This document shows positions 53,269-63,580 of a stretch of DNA of 64,000 nucleotides, piece by piece. The translations under genes were made by a program, and so were the position numbers. The notes under the pieces were generated by a model. It saw nothing but the letters and a program-made list of their open reading frames with translations, was not told the DNA's origin and did not search any database. The stretch comes from Nitrosopumilaceae archaeon (GTDB lineage Archaea; Thermoproteota; Nitrososphaeria; Nitrososphaerales; Nitrosopumilaceae), in contig OZ242274.1 in assembly GCA_965207375.1 (NCBI GenBank), positions 2,016,001-2,080,000 of the forward strand, in the 5' to 3' direction. Within the stretch, counting starts at the first letter, position 1. Each line of letters begins with the position of its first letter.

Positions 53269-53646
53269 TTACATGTTTGCAATTATTTTTTTGATTTTAG
53301 TTACAATCTGAATTTTTTTATTGATGCCAAGTTCTGGCTCTGCAGTAACAAAGATTGTACGCTTTGGAGTGTACACTACTAGCTGGCTTACATTATCGCG
53401 CTCCACATGAACATATCGTACCTTTCCAAGAGTTTTGTCAAATTCCTTTCTCATTTTTCTGCGTTGGGCAATCTGTTGGCAAAAGTGTTCCTGCTCCTTT
53501 TGGGATTCTAGCGAGGTTTTGCCTTCCTTCATGATTCCCTCAACAATGTTGCCTCTGAGATCTATTATACCAACAAAACGCATCTTAGGACTAAGGCTTA
53601 TAATTTGATCAACTACCTCCTGTAAATTTGCCTGTTTTTTTACCAT
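53269..53646 (-). CDS. Roadblock-like small protein (DUF6659-type)
   Basis: MRFVGIID.RG...MRKEFDKTLG.V.Y....R. Confidence 0.8.
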   Translation of the reverse strand: MVKKQANLQEVVDQIISLSPKMRFVGIIDLRGNIVEGIMKEGKTSLESQKEQEHFCQQIAQRRKMRKEFDKTLGKVRYVHVERDNVSQLVVYTPKRTIFVTAEPELGINKKIQIVTKIKKIIANM

Positions 53647-53937
53647 TTATTTTACTAAAACAAGGTCGTTTATTTGGATGTCGGTGTGTGTATCAGTCAT
53701 AGGTACGGTTGTAGATTTTGTCCCTTTTTGGATATAAAATCATCTCAATTTGACACGCAGATATTACCAGACACATGCTGCTCCAAAAATACCAAAAATT
53801 TGAATAGATCATCTGTTTCTATACAAGGCCATAACACAGTTGTACAGGTGATGGCAAATCCTGACTCTGGAAAATTCAAGAGTAAATTGTCTGACGTACA
53901 TAAAGACAATATAGAACATGTGTGCATTAAAACCATC

Positions 53938-54402
53938 TTGAAGGCCAAGAGTCAAGACAGATTAGAATCAATCAAGGCAGCTCACAAATCAGCAAAATCT
54001 GCATCAAGTTCAAGGATGGAAGATTACCTAGAGGTCATAGCAGAGCTAGTAGAAATGAAAGGGTATGCTACCACGCTTGACATATCAAGATACATGGACG
54101 TCAGTGCACCAAGCGTAACAAAAATGCTGCAACGTCTAGATGATAACGGATATCTAGAATATGAAAAGTATCATGGCATAAATTTAACAGATGCAGGTGC
54201 ACAAATTGCAGACACAATAAGACAAAAGCACGGGATTCTTTTGGATTTTTTTGAGATTTTAGGGGTTGGAAGTGAGACGGCAAACCAAGATGCAGAAGGA
54301 ATCGAACACCATCTAAATCCAAAAACAATCAGACAGTTGCGTAAATTTATTACATTTTTAAAAGCAAACCCAAAAATTTTGGACAGTTTTAAAAATCTTT
54401 AA
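53938..54402 (+). CDS. DtxR/MntR family metal-dependent regulator
   Basis: MEDYLEVI, VSAPSVTKML, YEKY.GI.LT, DAEGIEHH; start TTG 53938 is more plausible than 53674. Confidence 0.9.
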   Translation: MKAKSQDRLESIKAAHKSAKSASSSRMEDYLEVIAELVEMKGYATTLDISRYMDVSAPSVTKMLQRLDDNGYLEYEKYHGINLTDAGAQIADTIRQKHGILLDFFEILGVGSETANQDAEGIEHHLNPKTIRQLRKFITFLKANPKILDSFKNL

Positions 54403-56206
54403 CACGTATCTGAATTTCATTTTTTGACGATGCCAAATCCAGTAATTTATGAGCATCAGAGGAGCGCTTTGGAATTTTGATTTGGCCCTTGCGTCCAATG
54501 CGTGAGGATATGACAAACTCGTCATTTACATACAAGTCGGCTTTTTGACCCATATGTTTTCTATCAACGGTAAATACAATAGAGGATTTTGATTCAGAAT
54601 AGTCAAAGGGCAGCTCAAAATTGGAGGCAGGTTTTGATTCATCACGCTTTGTTACATCAATGTGTAAGTTGAGTTTCTTTTCAAGATCAGCTATGTTGGA
54701 GCCACCCCGGCCGATTATGCTTGGAATAACATGTGGTGCGACTTTGATTTGCACGCGGGATTCAGATAAAATCTCAATTTGAGCATCAGCATCATATCTG
54801 GAAATAATGTCGCGAATTTTGTCCTCTGCTAGTTTTTTAATTCCTAAACTAGTCTGTTTGTCAGAGACAGGAATTATTACGTTTTCCTCTCCAAAGGTAT
54901 AGATTTCGTATTCTGGTTTGTCATCTTCAAAATTACTAATTACAATTACGGGTCTTGCCAAATCCTGTTCTGTCATGCCAGAGGGAACCTTGACTTTGAG
55001 TTCCAAATCATATACCTTTGAGATCTTGCCCTTAGATACATAGACTACAGTATCTAAGACACTTGGAATCATGCCCAACTCAATCTTTCCAATAAACCTC
55101 TGAATTGCATCAATTGGTGAATTTGCATGTACTATTCCTACCATTCCGACTCCGGCAAGCCTTAGATCAGAGTATACCTCAAAATCATTGCGTCGCCTGA
55201 CCTCATCAAATATGGTATAATCAGGACGTACTAGCAGCAATATGTCAGCAGAATTTTCAAAGCTTCCATCAAGTTTTGTGTACTGGGTAATACCAGAGTC
55301 TACCTGCAAATCCCGAGGCGATTCAAAGGTTTTAACAATTTTGTTTTGAGCATGATAAAAATTTGCCAAACCCGATGCAAGGGTGGATTTTCCAGAACCG
55401 GGAGCACCAGATATCAAAATCCCTTCAGCACCGTCAGCAAATCGCTTCATTAGTTTTTCAGAAACAGAATAATCATAAAGTGATAGCTTTACAATTGGAT
55501 GTACTATTGTAATTTCAAGGCTTTCTGAAAAGGGAGGCTTTGTAATTGCTATACGAAAGTCACCGTGTTGAATAACCATTGCACCAAGTTTTGAAATTTC
55601 AATACCTGTAGAATCTACAGATTTGACATATTCTTCAATCTCATTTGCAATCTCTTGCAGATAATCACGGGTCAGTATGGCATTATCAATTTGTACAAGT
55701 TCAAAGGAACTAGGAGTTCCACGCTTTGCCATCGGAGGCAGATTTTCCTTCAGATGTACACTCATGGTAGTATCATCAAAAAATTTTAAAAATTTCAAAT
55801 TTTCTGCAGATATTTTTGGATAATAATATTGGATGTCTACATTTTCAGCGCGAGCCGCCATGGATTGTGCACGATCAGAGGTAAACAAAGTTGCGTTGTT
55901 TTGTTTTGCCACATCCTTTATGATGGCATCAATTCTGCCATTTCCTGCCAATCTAATATCGTCAAATGAAGGGTGTTCACCTTCAAAATGGATGGCAATT
56001 TTTGCAGCTGTAGATAATTTTTGCAGTTGAGATATTGCATCTAGGCCCGCAAAGCCCTGTTCCTTTTTTTGTGATGCCTGAGACTGTAATTCATCTAAAA
56101 CTGCAACAGGTATTATGATTTTAGAGTCATCAAGCAGTCCATCATTTATCAATCTTATAATTTCACCATTGACTAAAATGCTAGTATCAAGTACTATTGT
56201 ACGCAT
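54389..56206 (-). CDS. PIN-domain ATPase with KH domain (PINA/HelA-type)
   Basis: IVLDTS PIN, GAPGSGKST, ESPRDL, FDEVR, IIGRGG KH. Confidence 0.92.
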   Translation of the reverse strand: MRTIVLDTSILVNGEIIRLINDGLLDDSKIIIPVAVLDELQSQASQKKEQGFAGLDAISQLQKLSTAAKIAIHFEGEHPSFDDIRLAGNGRIDAIIKDVAKQNNATLFTSDRAQSMAARAENVDIQYYYPKISAENLKFLKFFDDTTMSVHLKENLPPMAKRGTPSSFELVQIDNAILTRDYLQEIANEIEEYVKSVDSTGIEISKLGAMVIQHGDFRIAITKPPFSESLEITIVHPIVKLSLYDYSVSEKLMKRFADGAEGILISGAPGSGKSTLASGLANFYHAQNKIVKTFESPRDLQVDSGITQYTKLDGSFENSADILLLVRPDYTIFDEVRRRNDFEVYSDLRLAGVGMVGIVHANSPIDAIQRFIGKIELGMIPSVLDTVVYVSKGKISKVYDLELKVKVPSGMTEQDLARPVIVISNFEDDKPEYEIYTFGEENVIIPVSDKQTSLGIKKLAEDKIRDIISRYDADAQIEILSESRVQIKVAPHVIPSIIGRGGSNIADLEKKLNLHIDVTKRDESKPASNFELPFDYSESKSSIVFTVDRKHMGQKADLYVNDEFVISSRIGRKGQIKIPKRSSDAHKLLDLASSKNEIQIRVKDF

Positions 56207-56532
56207 GAGAATTCAATAATTTAGGCATTATTAATCGTCTGTATTCATGTGGAAAAACACCTAGTCAGATTATAAACGATCATACTTTTCACGTAATATA
56301 GTTAATTTGTGCTCAAGATGATATAATAATTGAAATAGATACAAGGTGAACAAGTTTAGAATGACGAATTTGCGTGCTGTGCTTAGAATTTGACAATATA
56401 GGCAGGAGACATATTTACAACATATGACGATACCAGAAATCTGTGTCAAAACAAGCTAGTGTAACATACCAACCTTGAAAATTAACTTTTATTCACTACA
56501 AGCAAAAAATTCAAACTTGTACCAAACACATC

Positions 56533-56658
56533 ATGAACAACAAGTTTTACAAGAACTGTTCACAGTATTTTGATGCGTTGCGAAAGCAGGGACGTAATGA
56601 CGATGAGTTCGAGGACGAATACTATTACACCATGCCTGGCATATCATCAAATGAGTAA
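56533..56658 (+). CDS. Small hypothetical protein (41 aa, not in ORF track)
   Basis: MNNKFYKNCSQYFDALRKQGRNDDEFEDEYYYTMPGISSNE, 26 bp before tldD. Confidence 0.6.
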   Translation: MNNKFYKNCSQYFDALRKQGRNDDEFEDEYYYTMPGISSNE

Positions 56659-56684
56659 AATGTGCAAATGTTTAGTGTAAAGTC

Positions 56685-58100
56685 ATGCTAGAATTAGAAG
56701 AGTTGGCAGAAAAAACCATCAAAATTGCAGACAAACTAGGATGCAAGTATTGTGATGTACGCGCCGAAAATCTGTCGATGCAAGGAATTTCAATAAATAA
56801 TGGAGAAATTCAGTACAAGTCATCATCAGATAATGGCATCGGGATACGTATTTTAAAAAATGGCGCGTGGGCATTTGCAGCAATTTCAAACCCAAAAGAG
56901 GACAAAGTTACAAACGCAATATACTCTAGTGTAAAAAATGCAGAACATGCTTCAAAATCAAAACGAATCAAAATCAGCCTAGCAGAAAATTCAACGGTTA
57001 AAAAAACGATACACTACAAAATAGACAAAAAACCAAATCTTGGCAAAATCATCGAGATAGGATACCAGTGTGATTCTGCAATTAAAGGCGTAAATAAAAT
57101 AAAAAAATCACTTGTCAACATTTTATGTAACAAAACAAATAAAATATTTCTAAACAGTCAAGGATCAAAAATCATACAAAATTACACAGATGTTATAGGA
57201 GAGGCAACTGCTATTGCACACGAATCAGGAATTACACAGTCAATAAACACAACAGAGGGAGGTAGGGGAGGATTAGAGCAAATTACAGACAAAAACAATC
57301 TTGTCCTAAAGTCAAAAGAAATTGCGTTAAAGGCCTCAAAACTAGTTGATGCAAAGCCTGCAAAGGAGGATAAAACAAGTGTGATATTTAATCCAGATTT
57401 TGTAAGCTTGTTGACACATGAAATTTTAGGACACCCATCAGAGGCAGACAGGGTTCTAGGCAAGGAGATGGCGTGGGCCGGAGGCGCATGGTGGGCAGGA
57501 AAAATTGATCAAAGTATAGGCTCAGAGCATCTAAATGTCTTTGATGATCCTACCATAAATCAATCGCTTGGATGGTACGAGTACGACGATGAGGGGGTAA
57601 AATCATCAAAGACAAATCTGGTAGAAAATGGAATTCTTAAAAATCATTTTCAAAGCAGAGAAACTGCTGTAGAATTTGGTACAAAACCAACTGCAAATAT
57701 GCGTGCTGCATCATACAGACACATGCCATTAATCCGAATGGCATGCACATGTATCGATAAGGGTGATTTTACGCCCGAGGAGATGATAAAAGATGTCAAA
57801 TCAGGATATCTAATATCAGATATGAAGGTTCCATCAATAGACATGTACAGATACAACTGGAACATATCGTGTCAATATGCAAATAAAATTGAAAACGGTA
57901 TAGTCACAGATTTGGTACGAGATGTAATTGTGACAGGAACGGCGCCAGAATTTTTCAAATCAATAGATGCGTGTGGATGCGACTTTACAGTAAGACCGAT
58001 AACAAACTGCGGCAAGGGAGATCCCATGCAGCCTATGATGATGGGAAACGGAGGACCTAGCATAAGAGGAATTGCAACTGTAAAAAGTGTGGAAATATGA
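56685..58100 (+). CDS. tldD: TldD/PmbA family metalloprotease
   Basis: HEILGHPSEADR, YDDEG, P..RM, CGKG.P.Q. Confidence 0.92.
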   Translation: MLELEELAEKTIKIADKLGCKYCDVRAENLSMQGISINNGEIQYKSSSDNGIGIRILKNGAWAFAAISNPKEDKVTNAIYSSVKNAEHASKSKRIKISLAENSTVKKTIHYKIDKKPNLGKIIEIGYQCDSAIKGVNKIKKSLVNILCNKTNKIFLNSQGSKIIQNYTDVIGEATAIAHESGITQSINTTEGGRGGLEQITDKNNLVLKSKEIALKASKLVDAKPAKEDKTSVIFNPDFVSLLTHEILGHPSEADRVLGKEMAWAGGAWWAGKIDQSIGSEHLNVFDDPTINQSLGWYEYDDEGVKSSKTNLVENGILKNHFQSRETAVEFGTKPTANMRAASYRHMPLIRMACTCIDKGDFTPEEMIKDVKSGYLISDMKVPSIDMYRYNWNISCQYANKIENGIVTDLVRDVIVTGTAPEFFKSIDACGCDFTVRPITNCGKGDPMQPMMMGNGGPSIRGIATVKSVEI

Positions 58101-58684
58101 ATTTAGATGAAATTAAAAATAAAGTAGTTAGTTGTACGGACTGTCAATTGTGCAAGACGAGAACAAATTCAGTTCCAGGCGATGGCAGTAAAACGGCAGA
58201 TATTATTTTTGTAGGAGAGGCACCCGGACAAAATGAGGACAAGACAGGCAAGCCGTTTGTAGGAGCTGCCGGAAAAAAACTGTCAGCAGCCTTAGAAGAG
58301 GCAGGAATTTCACGAGATGATGTATACATAACAAATGTTGTAAAGTGTAGACCCCCAAATAACAGGGTTCCTACTCAAAAAGAAAGAGAGGCATGCAAAA
58401 ATTATTTAAAACACGAGATAGATGCCATAAAACCGCAGATAATTTGTGTGATGGGAAATACCGCATTTCATTCGCTGTTAGATGGTGCAAACATTATGAA
58501 ATTTCGTGGAAAGGTGTTTCAAAAAAGCGACATATTATATTTTATCAGCCTGCATCCGGCAGCGACAATATACAATCAGGCATTGGCAGGAACGCTAAAA
58601 GAGGATATGAAAAAACTAGTTAAAATAACAAATCAATTAAAAAATGGGGAATTTATCAAAATAGACCATGAATGTGCTACCTAG
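58097..58684 (+). CDS. udg: Uracil-DNA glycosylase family 4
   Basis: CTDC.L, GEAPG..ED..G.PFVG.AG, NVVKCRPP.NR.P, HPA. Confidence 0.95.
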   Translation: MNLDEIKNKVVSCTDCQLCKTRTNSVPGDGSKTADIIFVGEAPGQNEDKTGKPFVGAAGKKLSAALEEAGISRDDVYITNVVKCRPPNNRVPTQKEREACKNYLKHEIDAIKPQIICVMGNTAFHSLLDGANIMKFRGKVFQKSDILYFISLHPAATIYNQALAGTLKEDMKKLVKITNQLKNGEFIKIDHECAT

Positions 58685-59222
58685 AAAATTTTATGCTCAA
58701 GATACAGTTACAGTAGCTAAAAAGTTGCTTGGAAAACAAATGGTACGAAGGATCAAAAACACAACAATTTCAGGCATAATTACAGAGACTGAAGCATACA
58801 AACATTTAGAGGATCCTGCCAGTCACGCCCACAACGGCATCACCGAACGAAACAGGGCAATGTTTGGAGAGGTTGGAAGAGCATATGTCTATTTTACATA
58901 TGGAATACATTACTGTGTAAATGTTGTAGCAAGAGGCAAAAAAAGTCAGGCAGGAGCAGTTCTTATTCGTGCAGTAAAACCACACATTGGAATAGACTGT
59001 ATGATAAAAAACCGAAATAAACAGCATAATTTAACAGACGGTCCTGCAAAACTAACGCAGGCAATGAGAATTGACAAAAAACAGTACGGTGTAGATTTGA
59101 CAATAAAGTCAGAGTTGTTTATTGCAGAAGGATTAAACAGAAAAAACAAAATTAAATCATCACCAAGGATTGGCATAAGCAAGGCAGTAGACAAAAAATG
59201 GAATTTTAAATTAGAAATTTAA
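58668..59222 (+). CDS. mpg: 3-methyladenine DNA glycosylase (AAG/MPG)
   Basis: ETEAY, D.ASH, YVYFTYG.H.C.NVV, AVLIRA, GPAKL, PRIGI. Confidence 0.95.
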   Translation: MNVLPRKFYAQDTVTVAKKLLGKQMVRRIKNTTISGIITETEAYKHLEDPASHAHNGITERNRAMFGEVGRAYVYFTYGIHYCVNVVARGKKSQAGAVLIRAVKPHIGIDCMIKNRNKQHNLTDGPAKLTQAMRIDKKQYGVDLTIKSELFIAEGLNRKNKIKSSPRIGISKAVDKKWNFKLEI

Positions 59223-59863
59223 TTTTTATCATCAGACTCTTCTAGTGTCCAAGGTGCGATTCGGCCTAAAATTCTATGCCAGTCAAGCCGTAAAAGCAGT
59301 ATTACAGTCATAGTCATTATTGCACCAAATGCAACAATTCCAATGTATACTGTACTTGGATCCTCTATATCCTCCAAGAACGGTTCGACCAAAGACAGGC
59401 CCAGAAAATGAGAAACCAAAACGATGACATAGTGTAGTACTATTTTACCTGTAAATGTTGCAATGAAAAATCTTTTTGGATCATACTTTGCAAGACCCAA
59501 TGGAACATAAACTAAATCGTCTGGAATCGGAGTGGCTGCTGCAAAAAATGCAGCACCTGCACCATATCGCTTTACAAGTTTTTGAAATGGCAGCATGCGT
59601 TTTTTAGATTTTTCAGAAATAATTTTGCGTCCACCATAACTCAAAGAGAAAATAATCTGTTTTGCACCAGTTGATAGTGCTGCAGATAAAAATACCAAAA
59701 TATGCAAGTTGAATTGATCACCTACAGACATGGTAGCTAGAAGAATAAAGCTTGGTACCGGCACAAATGGAATCAAAGAGCCCAAAAAACTAACTAGTGC
59801 CAATCCAAAATATCCGACCTCAGGGGCAAATGGAAAAAGATCAGAAAAATCCACATTTTTCAA
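59219..59863 (-). CDS. VTT/DedA-like membrane protein
   Basis: AATPIPDD....PLGL..Y...RFF...F.GK. Confidence 0.85.
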   Translation of the reverse strand: MKNVDFSDLFPFAPEVGYFGLALVSFLGSLIPFVPVPSFILLATMSVGDQFNLHILVFLSAALSTGAKQIIFSLSYGGRKIISEKSKKRMLPFQKLVKRYGAGAAFFAAATPIPDDLVYVPLGLAKYDPKRFFIATFTGKIVLHYVIVLVSHFLGLSLVEPFLEDIEDPSTVYIGIVAFGAIMTMTVILLLRLDWHRILGRIAPWTLEESDDKN

Positions 59864-59929
59864 AATTCATAGTTATTTAATAGCATTCAGGATTAGAAAT
59901 CATTAAAACCCTAGCATAATATACAAAAA

Positions 59930-60307
59930 ATGTTGAATAAAAAGGACTATGAGACAATATGCGACAGGATTGCCAAAATCAGCCCATACATCAGATTTGT
60001 TGGAATTATAAGCCCAAAAGGGGATCTAAAGGCACACAGCAGGAGGCTAGAACTTGATCCGTTGCTCAATGCACATGATGCCAGATACCAGTTTTCACAT
60101 ATTGCAATTAAAACAGGCCTAGAGGGATTTTTTGATCAAAGTCTGGGACCTGTAGAGTTTGTATGGGAGGAGCGTAAAAAGGTTCAAACCATATCATTTG
60201 CAATAGGCAAAATCAGAGTATGGATATCAATTGACAAAAAGGTTATTCGCTCAGAGGTAATTAGAATTATAGATGCATGTCTGCCCATAGTCAAAAAGCA
60301 TTCATAA
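59930..60307 (+). CDS. Roadblock-like small protein (DUF6659-type)
   Basis: IRFVGII..KG...FD..LG.V.....ER.KV; paralog of 53269..53646. Confidence 0.78.
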   Translation: MLNKKDYETICDRIAKISPYIRFVGIISPKGDLKAHSRRLELDPLLNAHDARYQFSHIAIKTGLEGFFDQSLGPVEFVWEERKKVQTISFAIGKIRVWISIDKKVIRSEVIRIIDACLPIVKKHS

Positions 60308-60542
60308 ACGCACAGATTCGATGCACAGTAAACACAAAAAGAAAACACAGATGTCTGTGCTCTCAAATTTCAAAATCAGGATTGTCGAATATGCCGTCGT
60401 ATTCAAAGTTGTGTGAGCATCCAAGAAGAAATACTGACAATATATGTGAGTTTAATCTCTATTGATCTTTTTGCATTTTGGGTTGAACTTTCTATTTTGC
60501 CCATAGTTTGCTGAAGATGGTATCATCAAACCACAATCAAGA

Positions 60543-61475
60543 TTACTTTTCATACAGCCAGCATCGCACATAGCCTGATTCGGTTTTGAAATTTGGCGGG
60601 TCTGACTTGCACTTGTCCATTGCATATGGACAGCGGTCAATAAATCGGCATTGCGTACCAGGATTAACTAGTCCGGGTGGGGTTCCAGGAATGTATGTAG
60701 GTTTTTTACCCCTCAGTGTAGGAATTGATTCAAGCAGTCCCCGAGTGTACGGATGCTTTGGATTTTTGTAAATTTGGTCGGCACTTGCAAACTCGACTAT
60801 TTGACCCGCATACATTATGCCAATTTTATCGGCAATTTCAGACAAGACTGCTAAATCATGGGTAATTATCATAAACGACATTCCCTTCTTTTTAAGAGAT
60901 TTTAGCAAGTTGACAATTTGTGCCTGAATCAAAACATCAAGTGCCGTAGTGGGCTCATCAGCAATCACAAGTTTTGGATTTAACAGTAATGCCATTGCAA
61001 TTACTACACGCTGTTTCATGCCTCCTGATAGCTCATGCGGGAATTTCTTCATAATGGAGCCATCAAGATTAACAGATTTTAACGAACTCAAAATAGTATC
61101 ATCAAAGTCACCATCAAAATTATGCTGTTTTAAAATTTCAACGAATTGCTGCCGTATAGTAAAAACAGGATCCAAGGAATTCATCGCACCCTGAAATATC
61201 ATAGAGATTTTTTTCCAGCGATATGACTTGTTAAAGTCTGACTCTGAAACATCAAGGATTGGGGTATTATCAAAGTTGATCGTACCTGAGGTGATTTTTC
61301 CACCCTGCAGCATGCGAATTACGGCCAATCCAAGTGTACTTTTGCCGCATGCGCTCTCACCTGCAATACCAATAGATTCCCCGTCATCTATTGAAAAATT
61401 AATTTCAGACAAGGCATGTACATCTCCCTCAGATGACAAGTAATGGGCATCAAGATCGTTTATTTGAAGAGTCAT
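60543..61475 (-). CDS. Oligopeptide ABC transporter ATP-binding protein
   Basis: GESACGKST, LSGGMKQR, ADEPTTALD, HPYT, C.F..RC. Confidence 0.95.
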   Translation of the reverse strand: MTLQINDLDAHYLSSEGDVHALSEINFSIDDGESIGIAGESACGKSTLGLAVIRMLQGGKITSGTINFDNTPILDVSESDFNKSYRWKKISMIFQGAMNSLDPVFTIRQQFVEILKQHNFDGDFDDTILSSLKSVNLDGSIMKKFPHELSGGMKQRVVIAMALLLNPKLVIADEPTTALDVLIQAQIVNLLKSLKKKGMSFMIITHDLAVLSEIADKIGIMYAGQIVEFASADQIYKNPKHPYTRGLLESIPTLRGKKPTYIPGTPPGLVNPGTQCRFIDRCPYAMDKCKSDPPNFKTESGYVRCWLYEK

Positions 61476-61555
61476 ACAATGGTATCACAAGTACAGGTAA
61501 ATTTTTGTTTTGCATTAAGGATATATTCAACAAATTTGGAAGAAAGAATCGACTC

Positions 61556-62071
61556 ATGATACTTCCAATATGCAGTTTTGATGCAAAAAACACGATACTT
61601 TGCCCAAAATGTGAGTCAAAGGTTGAATCAGGAAGACTGAGCAGGGCAGATATTGATGCCTCGTTCATTTTGGCAAAACTAGCCAAAGAATCGCCTCAAA
61701 TTGAGAGCTTTTCTCTAAACAAATGCAAAAAAATAGATGACAACTATATCATACATCTTGATAAAAATGATATTTTGGCAATAAGACAGAGCAAGACACT
61801 GTATGGATTAATTCAGGACCAGTTCAAAGCAAAGATATGGCTAGTAGAATCAAAAGAAAGTGATAAAAGATTTATTGAGGATCTGTTTTTTCCAATAAAA
61901 ATACTCTCCATAAATTCAGTTTGGGTACCTGATGGAGTTCAAAAAACCAAGGTAATAGTTTTAGGCAGATGGACGCAGAGATTTCCAATTGATTTAGATA
62001 AAGTAAAACAGATAGTAAAGAACATGAGGGATTTAGATATTGATATCGAGTTTGAGGATGTACAAAAATGA
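61556..62071 (+). CDS. NusA-like KH-domain protein (archaeal)
   Basis: M.LPIC.FD.K...LCPKC; start ATG 61556; ATGA overlap with aspS. Confidence 0.75.
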   Translation: MILPICSFDAKNTILCPKCESKVESGRLSRADIDASFILAKLAKESPQIESFSLNKCKKIDDNYIIHLDKNDILAIRQSKTLYGLIQDQFKAKIWLVESKESDKRFIEDLFFPIKILSINSVWVPDGVQKTKVIVLGRWTQRFPIDLDKVKQIVKNMRDLDIDIEFEDVQK

Positions 62072-63354
62072 CGTTTAGTAAAACACACGACCTCGAGGAT
62101 CTAAATTCAGAGTTGATAGGAGAGGAGGTGACAGTTTGCGGATGGATAGAAGACCTTCGAAAGCTAGGAAAAATGACGTTTCTTACAATCAGGGACATAA
62201 CAGGAATTACACAGATCATTCTCAAAGGAGACCTGAATCAAAAGATTGAGGGAATTACAAGACAAAGTGTAGTTCAAATTGTAGGAGATGTTTCAGAAAC
62301 CAAAGCGCGCGATTTTGACTATGAAATAAAAGCAAACAAAGTCAAAGTGCTTGCAATGGCAGTACATCCGCTGCCAATAGACCCAATAGGCAGATTGGAA
62401 AGCAACATAGACAACAGACTCAATTCTAGGGCGCTAGATATGAGAAACAGAAAAACTGCATCAATTTTCAAATTGAGACATCATGTGTTGCAGTCATTTA
62501 GAAGGACATTGGTTGAAAAAAAGTTCATAGAGATTAACACGCCAAAAATCATAGGCAGTGCAAGTGAGGGTGGGGCAAACCTGTTTTCGCTAGAGTATTT
62601 TGGAAAAACTGCATACATGGCACAAAGCCCTCAGCTATACAAAGAACAGATGACTGTAGGACTAGAGCGAGTATTTGAGATAGCATCATTTTACAGAGCA
62701 GAAAATTCCCATACCGGAAGACACCTGACCGAATTTACCAGTGTGGACATAGAGGCTGCATTTATGGATTATACAGATGTGATGGATGTGTTAGAATCAC
62801 TCATAGTTGATGTGTACAAGCAGGTATCAGAAAATTGCAAGGCAGAGCAGGAGGCAATAGGACACAAAATCGAGGTTCCAGATACTCCGTTTGAAAAAAT
62901 AACATATTCACAGTTAATTGACGAATTAAATTCGATGGATCAAAAGTTAGAATTTGGGGACGATCTTTTAGATTCACACCTGCGAATGATAGGAGAAAAG
63001 CATCGAGGATTTTTCTTTCTAACAGACTGGCCGTTAAAACTCAAGCCGTTTTACATTAGGGAAAAAGACGACGATCCGACACTGTCAAGATCGTTTGATT
63101 TGCAGTTTGGATACCTAGAACTATCATCAGGTGGAACTAGGCTGCACAATCCAGATATTTTAAAATCCAGATTAAAAGAGCAAGGGCTGGACCCTGCCCA
63201 GTTTGCAGACCATCTCAAGGCATTTGATTGGGGAATGCCTCCACATTCAGGATGGGGATTAGGTTTGGACAGAGTAATGGCAACATTGATTGGAATAGAC
63301 AATGTAAGAGAGGTTGTATTGTATCCCAGAGATCCAGATAGGCTGTCACCCTAG
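62068..63354 (+). CDS. aspS: Aspartate--tRNA ligase (archaeal type)
   Basis: SEGG, AQSPQLYK, YRAE.S.T.RHL.EF, SSGG.R, GMPPH.GWGLGLDR, PRD..RL.P. Confidence 0.97.
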   Translation: MTFSKTHDLEDLNSELIGEEVTVCGWIEDLRKLGKMTFLTIRDITGITQIILKGDLNQKIEGITRQSVVQIVGDVSETKARDFDYEIKANKVKVLAMAVHPLPIDPIGRLESNIDNRLNSRALDMRNRKTASIFKLRHHVLQSFRRTLVEKKFIEINTPKIIGSASEGGANLFSLEYFGKTAYMAQSPQLYKEQMTVGLERVFEIASFYRAENSHTGRHLTEFTSVDIEAAFMDYTDVMDVLESLIVDVYKQVSENCKAEQEAIGHKIEVPDTPFEKITYSQLIDELNSMDQKLEFGDDLLDSHLRMIGEKHRGFFFLTDWPLKLKPFYIREKDDDPTLSRSFDLQFGYLELSSGGTRLHNPDILKSRLKEQGLDPAQFADHLKAFDWGMPPHSGWGLGLDRVMATLIGIDNVREVVLYPRDPDRLSP

Positions 63355-63580
63355 ATCATAACAGATGTACTTGAGTGTCAACATCAAGGCCTTGTGGGAT
63401 TCTATTTTTGCACGTACTCCAAAATGCAGAGAACAATAGTGGACGGGGTAAGAATTTGGACCATATTTGGCTTGGCTGATAGTCAAAGGCAAAGAACATA
63501 CAAAGATGCAGAAAAACTGTAGAGATAGCATTTCAGGTAGAGATGTCAAGAGGCAAAAGCACAGTACAAAATATGAAAAA

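Noticed and set aside
53674-53937. N-terminal extension of the DtxR-family ORF
   Set aside because: Occupies the divergent promoter region and does not resemble the family.
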